Origin: a virus | Direction: 5' to 3' (one strand) | Virus record (IMG/VR): IMGVR_UViG_3300032083_002558 | Location: 3,903 to 67,902 of that record | DNA length: 64,000 bases | Shown here: one piece after another, positions 60,101-64,000 of the stretch | How positions within the stretch are numbered: the first letter of the stretch is position 1 | How the letters are laid out: each line of letters begins with the position of its first letter | Position numbers and translations under genes: made by a program | The notes under the pieces: model-generated | What the model saw: only the letters and a program-made list of their open reading frames with translations | What the model was told of the DNA's origin: nothing | The model's database searches: none

Positions 60101-60563
60101 TGAATTTTGTTTTAACAGTAATGTCACCATCAACTAAATCGTGTACTTGTGTAAATAATTTAGTTACTTTTTTTAATTCTAATTTTTTTGTATGAACATT
60201 GTAAGAAAGAACTTTTTCACCAATTTTAATGTCTTCAATGTTTTTTTCCAAACCATTTGACATTTTGACTTTTGTTCCAGCAACGAAACATTCTTGATTA
60301 CCACCACCACCATCTGGTCCACCACCTCCAGCAACATCACCATCACCAGTTTCTCCATCTAAACCACCTAAACCATTTCCATTACCATTATGTTTATGAT
60401 TATGATGATGATGACCATCATTATTGTGACCATCATTAGGTCTCGGTCTAGGTCTAGGTCTTGGTGTTATTTCCCCATCACCAATACCACCAAAGCCACC
60501 CTCTTCAGTTCTATTTGTAAGTCCGCTTGGATTTATTTTATTATTATTATTTTCGTCAGCCAT
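54141..60563 (-). CDS. Very large acidic virion protein with N-terminal Hint/intein domain and PKD-like domain
   Basis: Hint domain at residues 92-254; DWGDGS...HTYEKSGTYEV PKD motif; GCFDPGADNY...DDGSCTY motif. Confidence 0.65.
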   Translation of the reverse strand: MADENNNNKINPSGLTNRTEEGGFGGIGDGEITPRPRPRPRPNDGHNNDGHHHHNHKHNGNGNGLGGLDGETGDGDVAGGGGPDGGGGNQECFVAGTKVKMSNGLEKNIEDIKIGEKVLSYNVHTKKLELKKVTKLFTQVHDLVDGDITVKTKFNNGVETHNTIANPFWSKDKVFVAADAERCNRLHKWVKQSNKGKDTEQLKVGDTLYHYNGEELQEVMVTEIEHIVEPYIRTYDITIEDNHTFFANGILTHNSGGDAGDTPDDSINTYIRGCFDPGADNYYCDDPDIPTPCYEGCPPDADACLDDGSCTYGGVDTTYSDAPNLLCCLSNTHDGTVRYGGEFPFSDVESITELYYGDSELNVGNVYNAEACNQVDCSIQEFDDEQNLIPKVHFDGHCVNSLGTHGRFGHNIVFDYYYDTILRNFDYNDEGEGDITTPSLYHYPFVRTRFDFDDSSESNAIEYNRDVENENRYFEPITHTSVVDEDTWDDFNDGLNNGDSVIFGDAEYDIGVLNEVFDRFQTGVDKDGTELYNLPIYRELSCQDIENNAGIVVGDYTGKKEDYDLGIGFTKSPFSSGDIPEVDNETYTLGDSHSKGIDFCGGDALVTEAFQILFDKPLYFRIIMNIFANHPIETWFRSITEDTQIPNPTDGFGLDSSGVDDIIATIEGEEYIKDVFINDEKLNRDVLIRIGFPLPPISFNEMDCAGIRGSYLQLVDEFIGEVEALTFFADFQIPNVEIEPTMKNELDVLSGIDLREDGLNACDYIEFMTLPGGNADGDGIYYKGMDIPPIYFDAPYDGNAGDTEAEDMTKEQYVRTFDCNTELNNNINFSKMRAVCKDGSSVEMAQAGIQGNGSVTINYEDPTEAFFNTGVEACNSILKLNSSQELYYLSDNDGKESLGIFFYDSENKLSENFINDKDESFEQYVYKNGIKNGNGRDVGYTYTDASWNNLGWGQIYEAENWTLIDSVATDFSLNHYSNNISPYWRASYLECFSHNKCIVVDTLKPLIQNGVSGYDPRQGLTTFIDRDDLPEIARRKKQKFKLSFMMKTIDLGVGVDLKNTGIHTVLEFDNSKVSNQNKSFAESKIETKEYKTSQCSPYGKNPNHYSAILTEDRYCKQTRASFTNNKINEWQKMEYVFEVNTDNNLNSYKGINLYLTPLDYAKFEGDLYTETNDDLSYLEDNASVILIDNVEFKEAYDFHPDVDVRKKKGTNDYGLVSLTEYYDRFKPTTNPDKVIEEFNDTTAPLEVQFYFYPRFPYDNTLSPNREILLEEFEFKQFYISDVDWGDGSPIEFTTEPKNIGTDVAVYHTYEKSGTYEVQGTMFITVAEEYSYSLNPGDREYNGNLGVGYNKKFRIKININEGLDEDFTYFGTDGFSFIPYKNTLPLIGGYSEQSIYYKSLKRNLGIIDTTTFNNLLVESELLTKDFHGYNGTDGANFTTPAIEVELGGEDGWYKTLRVNELTGNTNTEFLMSNNVPVIPGVTYVESFDLKHDGTIDSLDITFWNSTNEHREVSAIIEDLGIDNDGNFHKRVSAQFTTEDGDIKIRAIDFKNVNDDIDGDFTFLAVKNIRFYSLEDLSNTSLVDVNYKRISDRLQTELAFQKMDDSYNDSGAFDILNYYQTPLEITENTSDEYLATLPFPRYFQEFDILDENELTVETYNRWVFEGRPDIAEVVLHNMSEERAQIGIVGIKNIGMGFNVTLVKPFDDYNSMPLNYELFDQPLLELAISTYACATVFGGDGDFNGGDYAVTQAVGTAIDDDGGEWETFDCIVTDIDEERNVNLPTISESDTYNPPEVYINPTIERQTEQYTGKQFSSLKEQLGKSIGDLDITSIKYYDTPKSIWELLGFEEEDLEQIGTPDNSRYWKNIIPEDYSIYNREGININSSPIIDPKPFYEFEEILSPEYFSGDVIGQLVCAQGDENCQSKYVNGAEAYAEAAGEGFNCPGSYSTEEGTFCNNIDKIYPNTNYNLMTFIPGTVEFCHPLLGCTGFDKGEGIMLEGPMNYDEFDFNVIYTGPFMSFNIVSFAMVVDTYSQQEWLNNYYYPVLPRYGLDGKFIEDDFPNDNIPFSLEGNITDEYEKNQNLLTNLSVDMIDTNVLNDGSGENNKGFVISDYKPKSDIETLENKKIKNMIVMKHKKSNGAF
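59802..60290 (-). other. Mini-intein / Hint domain (163 aa, no homing endonuclease)
   Basis: Begins CFVAGTKVKMSNG..KNIEDIKIGEKVLS and ends YDITIEDNHTFFANGILTHN, followed by Ser. Confidence 0.88.
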
Positions 60564-60574
60564 TGTTTAAATCC

Positions 60575-62146
60575 CTATGATTTAAAACCACGAGCTCGTA
60601 GTAAATCTGATTTTGAAATAATTTCCACTTTACATCTGTTTCCGTAATCTGAGTTTACAACACTTTCACCTGTAGTTGGGTCTATATGATTTAACCAATA
60701 GTTTGTACTATGACTTAAATCTATACCTGGTGGGTCGGTTAAAGGTGGTGTGTATGAACCATCCTCATCAACAGCAGGATTGAATGAAGCACATATGAAA
60801 TACCATTCTTGAAAGTCTTCTGGTATGAATGTTGTTTGAGCTAATGCTATATCTCTTGTTACACTGCCAGGTAAAAGTGGGATGTCAGGTCTTTTTTGTC
60901 CACCACCTACACCAGTATGTGAATCTCTTAATACCCCATTATCCTCAACAACAAGTCTAACATAACGAGCAGTATTTGAATTTTCATATCTTGGTAAATA
61001 AATATCATTTGTTCCAGGATTATCTATTCTGTCTTGACAATAAATATCAAACTCACCCCAAGTGGTATGTACACCACCACCATGTGGATTAGGGTCATCC
61101 TTACCCAACACGTAGGTTTCTAATTTAAATCCAAATGGATTTTCATCTCTTAATGGATTTCCAAAATTAAACAATGTACCTTCTGATACCTTATCTAAAA
61201 ATCTAACCCACATCGTGATAGTAAAACCCGTTGATAAATAATCTTGAGTGTTTGGATTTAATCCCTTTACAAATTCTTGATTTGTATTACGAATAATAAT
61301 ACCTTGATTTAAATTTCTAAATTGTAAATATCCACTTGATTGATTTTCATACTTTGGTCTATCATCTTGTGGTAAAATAGGGTCTTCTAATATATCGGTT
61401 AGATAAGGAAGTATTGTATTATAAATATCTTCAATGGTTCTTGTTGAATTTGTGTCATTGGCTGTACTTTTTAGTCTATGAACAAAAGCATCTTCCTCAT
61501 CAATATTACTTTCATCAGAATTATCTTGAGTATATGATATACTATTGTTTTGTTGATATTCTTCATCTCCAATCCAATTACCATTTTCATCTCTATCAAC
61601 AGCCCCATCTTGTGGATTAATATCAAATTCAGGTGTTTCTGGTGGAAGTAGTGCGTTTAATTCTTGAAATAATCTAATAATTCTTGATTGTCGAGTATCA
61701 CCACTTGGAAGTAATTCATAAATATTTGTATCTAAAAATTCTTCAGCCCGTTCTATATCTACAATTGATTCTTTATTTTCTATCGGAATAAACTGACTTA
61801 AATTTAATGGATTACCATCACCAATGACTAAATCAGTAATAGGTAAACCTCCATCTGGAAGTCCACCACCTACAATGGTTATGGTTACATTTTCATTTTG
61901 ACCAAGAATATAAATATTAAACCCAACAGAATCATCTATTTGGTCAGCTGCAGTTTGCAAATTGTCTTCTACATTCGCCTCAATATCTTTTTGAAATAGT
62001 GCTAATACATCACCACCCGCTCCTGATTGTAATTGTCCGTTAAGAATAAATTTTTGATTATTTATAACATCTGTTGTATCAATACCATTGTGCTCTATTA
62101 AAGCTTCGGCTATTCTATCTAATAATTCTTCTACTGGAACTGGCAT
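60575..62146 (-). CDS. Structural protein with LamG/concanavalin-like domain
   Basis: GFTITMWVRFLD...GTLFNFGN...EWYFICASF. Confidence 0.6.
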   Translation of the reverse strand: MPVPVEELLDRIAEALIEHNGIDTTDVINNQKFILNGQLQSGAGGDVLALFQKDIEANVEDNLQTAADQIDDSVGFNIYILGQNENVTITIVGGGLPDGGLPITDLVIGDGNPLNLSQFIPIENKESIVDIERAEEFLDTNIYELLPSGDTRQSRIIRLFQELNALLPPETPEFDINPQDGAVDRDENGNWIGDEEYQQNNSISYTQDNSDESNIDEEDAFVHRLKSTANDTNSTRTIEDIYNTILPYLTDILEDPILPQDDRPKYENQSSGYLQFRNLNQGIIIRNTNQEFVKGLNPNTQDYLSTGFTITMWVRFLDKVSEGTLFNFGNPLRDENPFGFKLETYVLGKDDPNPHGGGVHTTWGEFDIYCQDRIDNPGTNDIYLPRYENSNTARYVRLVVEDNGVLRDSHTGVGGGQKRPDIPLLPGSVTRDIALAQTTFIPEDFQEWYFICASFNPAVDEDGSYTPPLTDPPGIDLSHSTNYWLNHIDPTTGESVVNSDYGNRCKVEIISKSDLLRARGFKS

Positions 62147-62148
62147 AT

Positions 62149-63276
62149 TTATTTCCTTTTAACTATAAATTCAAAATCATCATCAAACACTTGTTCTTGT
62201 CCATCATCATATTTTAATTTTAACAATATTTTATAAACTCTATCAGGATAAAATCCATCCAAATATTGAATAAAATAATTTGAATTACTATCACAACTAA
62301 GTTTTGTATAACTTGTTCCTGTTAAATCTTTAAATGGAACAATAAATTCATCAGTAGCAACATCTTTAATCGCATATGAACCACTACTATTAGTTATGTA
62401 TGAACCAGTCAAAGTTTGAACTGAAGTAGTAAAGGATTTTTGAATATATCTTTTCCTAGCACCAACTCTAAACTTAACTCGTTCACCTACTTTATAACTT
62501 TCTCTTAATCCTTTCATATATAAAAAGTTATCTACTAATCCACTCATTGTTAATTCATTTAATGAACCAGTAGAGAATGATGAATCATCCCACCTGACTT
62601 CAAGTTTTGGTGAAAAAATTGTATGAGTGTTTCTTGAAAAGAATTTTAAATGTCCAAAAGTAGTTTCATCTGTTTCTTGACTACCACTAAAACGAACTAA
62701 CATTCCATAATTTTCTCCTCTACCTTCTAACCACATATTCATCATATCTGTTACTTCAACATTTACATCTGGTGATTGGTTTGAAAAAGTTTGAGTAGAT
62801 GAACTTACAGAGTATATAGATACACCTTGATTGTTAGTACCATCAGCTTTACTCCAAGTTAAAGCATTACCCCCAATTGGATTACTACGATTTTCCCAAC
62901 TACATCCATTTGTTGTTTTTGGATTGTCTCCAAACTTACCAGTACCCTCAACCCAAGATTGTGAGATTGGTTGAATAGCTAATTTATATTCTTCAGTCAT
63001 TTCTGCATTACCCTCAGCTTCAAACAACCTTAGATAATATTTAGCATTAGATGATATTGTACCATCAGCAACTGATTTTGATAGTTCAGTAAATTCCGTT
63101 CCACTAAAATTAACCAATGCTCTTGTCTGATGGTCGAATGACGTGTTAAAAAATTCTTTTTTGACTTCAAGTATTTGGTCTCTTCCGAAGTTTTGGTCTT
63201 TGAAGGAAGTTCCATCTATCTTACTACTACCACTTGAAATCCAATTGTCTTGTGTTGGAAAAATAAAATGATGCAT
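62149..63276 (-). CDS. Structural protein with DNRLRE-like domain
   Basis: QNFGRDQILEV, RALVNF, SQSWVEGTG, ENYGMLVR, FFSRNTHTIFSPKLEVRWDD. Confidence 0.6.
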   Translation of the reverse strand: MHHFIFPTQDNWISSGSSKIDGTSFKDQNFGRDQILEVKKEFFNTSFDHQTRALVNFSGTEFTELSKSVADGTISSNAKYYLRLFEAEGNAEMTEEYKLAIQPISQSWVEGTGKFGDNPKTTNGCSWENRSNPIGGNALTWSKADGTNNQGVSIYSVSSSTQTFSNQSPDVNVEVTDMMNMWLEGRGENYGMLVRFSGSQETDETTFGHLKFFSRNTHTIFSPKLEVRWDDSSFSTGSLNELTMSGLVDNFLYMKGLRESYKVGERVKFRVGARKRYIQKSFTTSVQTLTGSYITNSSGSYAIKDVATDEFIVPFKDLTGTSYTKLSCDSNSNYFIQYLDGFYPDRVYKILLKLKYDDGQEQVFDDDFEFIVKRK

Positions 63277-64000
63277 TATCTAACCCTCCCTTCTATGTTT
63301 TCGTTTGGATTTTTTAATTCAAATACAGCTGGGTTATCTGTAGTTGGTGGTAATACAATTGTACCATCATCTGAAAGAGCAGTTGCAAAATTATATTTAA
63401 AACCATAACCAGCTGTTCCCTCTCCACCTGATTGGTCTATAAATTCATCTCCTTCACGAGAATATGTGTATGTGGGTGAAGTTAATGATTCACCATCACC
63501 ACTGTCTTCTAAATAAAAATAATCATAATCTTGAGTAAGGGTTACATGCCCAATAGAACGAACTCCCTCTACACCCATTAATTCAAATTCTAAATTACTT
63601 TTATAAATTGGTTGATTGAATTGCATGTTTTCTATTCTAAAATAATCTTTAATTTTTTGAATACAATCTAATTTTACTTTTTGTTTGTTTGCATATTTTT
63701 CAGCAACCACATCAAATATAACGCCAAAGTTTACAATGTACCCATCATTGATTGTTACAGTATCAGTCATTATTTTAAAGTTTTCTAAATAATTTTTTAT
63801 GTTTGATGTTAAAGTTGTTGGTAGGCCTACACTACTGAAATGAGTGTTACCAACTAATTGTTTTTTATTATTGTATCCCAATACATAAATGTTTATTGTT
63901 CCTAATTCTAATTCTCTAGCTAAATTACTTATATCAGGTTGTTCAATATTGTCAATCTCTGATGCTAGAATGGCATCCAATCCATTTATCACTGTTTCGA
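63276..64000 (-). CDS. Baseplate wedge subunit (T4 gp6/baseplate J-like), C-terminal part
   Basis: NIKNYLENFKIMTDTVTI..YIVNFGV.F...FNQPIYKS....VEGVRS...PAVFELKNP..IEGRV; frame open to the window end. Confidence 0.75.
   Translation of the reverse strand, partial: ETVINGLDAILASEIDNIEQPDISNLARELELGTINIYVLGYNNKKQLVGNTHFSSVGLPTTLTSNIKNYLENFKIMTDTVTINDGYIVNFGVIFDVVAEKYANKQKVKLDCIQKIKDYFRIENMQFNQPIYKSNLEFELMGVEGVRSIGHVTLTQDYDYFYLEDSGDGESLTSPTYTYSREGDEFIDQSGGEGTAGYGFKYNFATALSDDGTIVLPPTTDNPAVFELKNPNENIEGRVR

Noticed and set aside
1494-61620. Numerous plus-strand ORFs and short nested minus-strand ORFs in the track
   Set aside because: They are antisense or alternate-frame shadows of well-supported genes, with no RBS or recognisable motifs. 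Only 38030-38194 occupies free space.
1-64000. tRNA (including tRNA-Sec), rRNA, sel genes or clear intrinsic terminators
   Set aside because: None recognised; intergenic gaps are short and AT-rich. A covariance-model scan would be needed to exclude them formally.

Overview
64 kb of a large, AT-rich, T4-like (myovirus-type) phage genome, almost entirely encoded on the minus strand. Reading in transcription order (right to left): baseplate/tail genes (one with a Hint/intein domain), an embedded RuvC-primase-SbcD/SbcC fusion replication-recombination island, a repetitive tail-fibre cluster with a SAM methyltransferase, a cell-envelope module (MscS-like, two beta-barrels, MshEN-TM protein, Cys-less thioredoxin, lipoprotein), a cluster of putative head-packaged cargo proteins, a small lysis-like cassette, then terminase large subunit, portal and prohead protease. 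The standout observation, missed by the ORF track, is a 112-codon gene (15860-15522) with an in-frame UGA in an H-N-[UGA]-A-T-H motif followed, after an 11-nt spacer, by a bacterial SECIS-like hairpin, i.e. a candidate phage-encoded selenoprotein. It is directly coupled to an unannotated 23-aa, 8-Cys metallothionein-like ORF and sits among proteins that share capsid-leader-like N-termini and gp21-type cleavage sites. Other features absent from the ORF track: a holin-like ORF, a lone plus-strand ribbon-helix-helix ORF, a 15-bp intergenic motif in five exact copies and two sigma70-like promoters. All product calls come from motif recognition by eye; no database searches were run.
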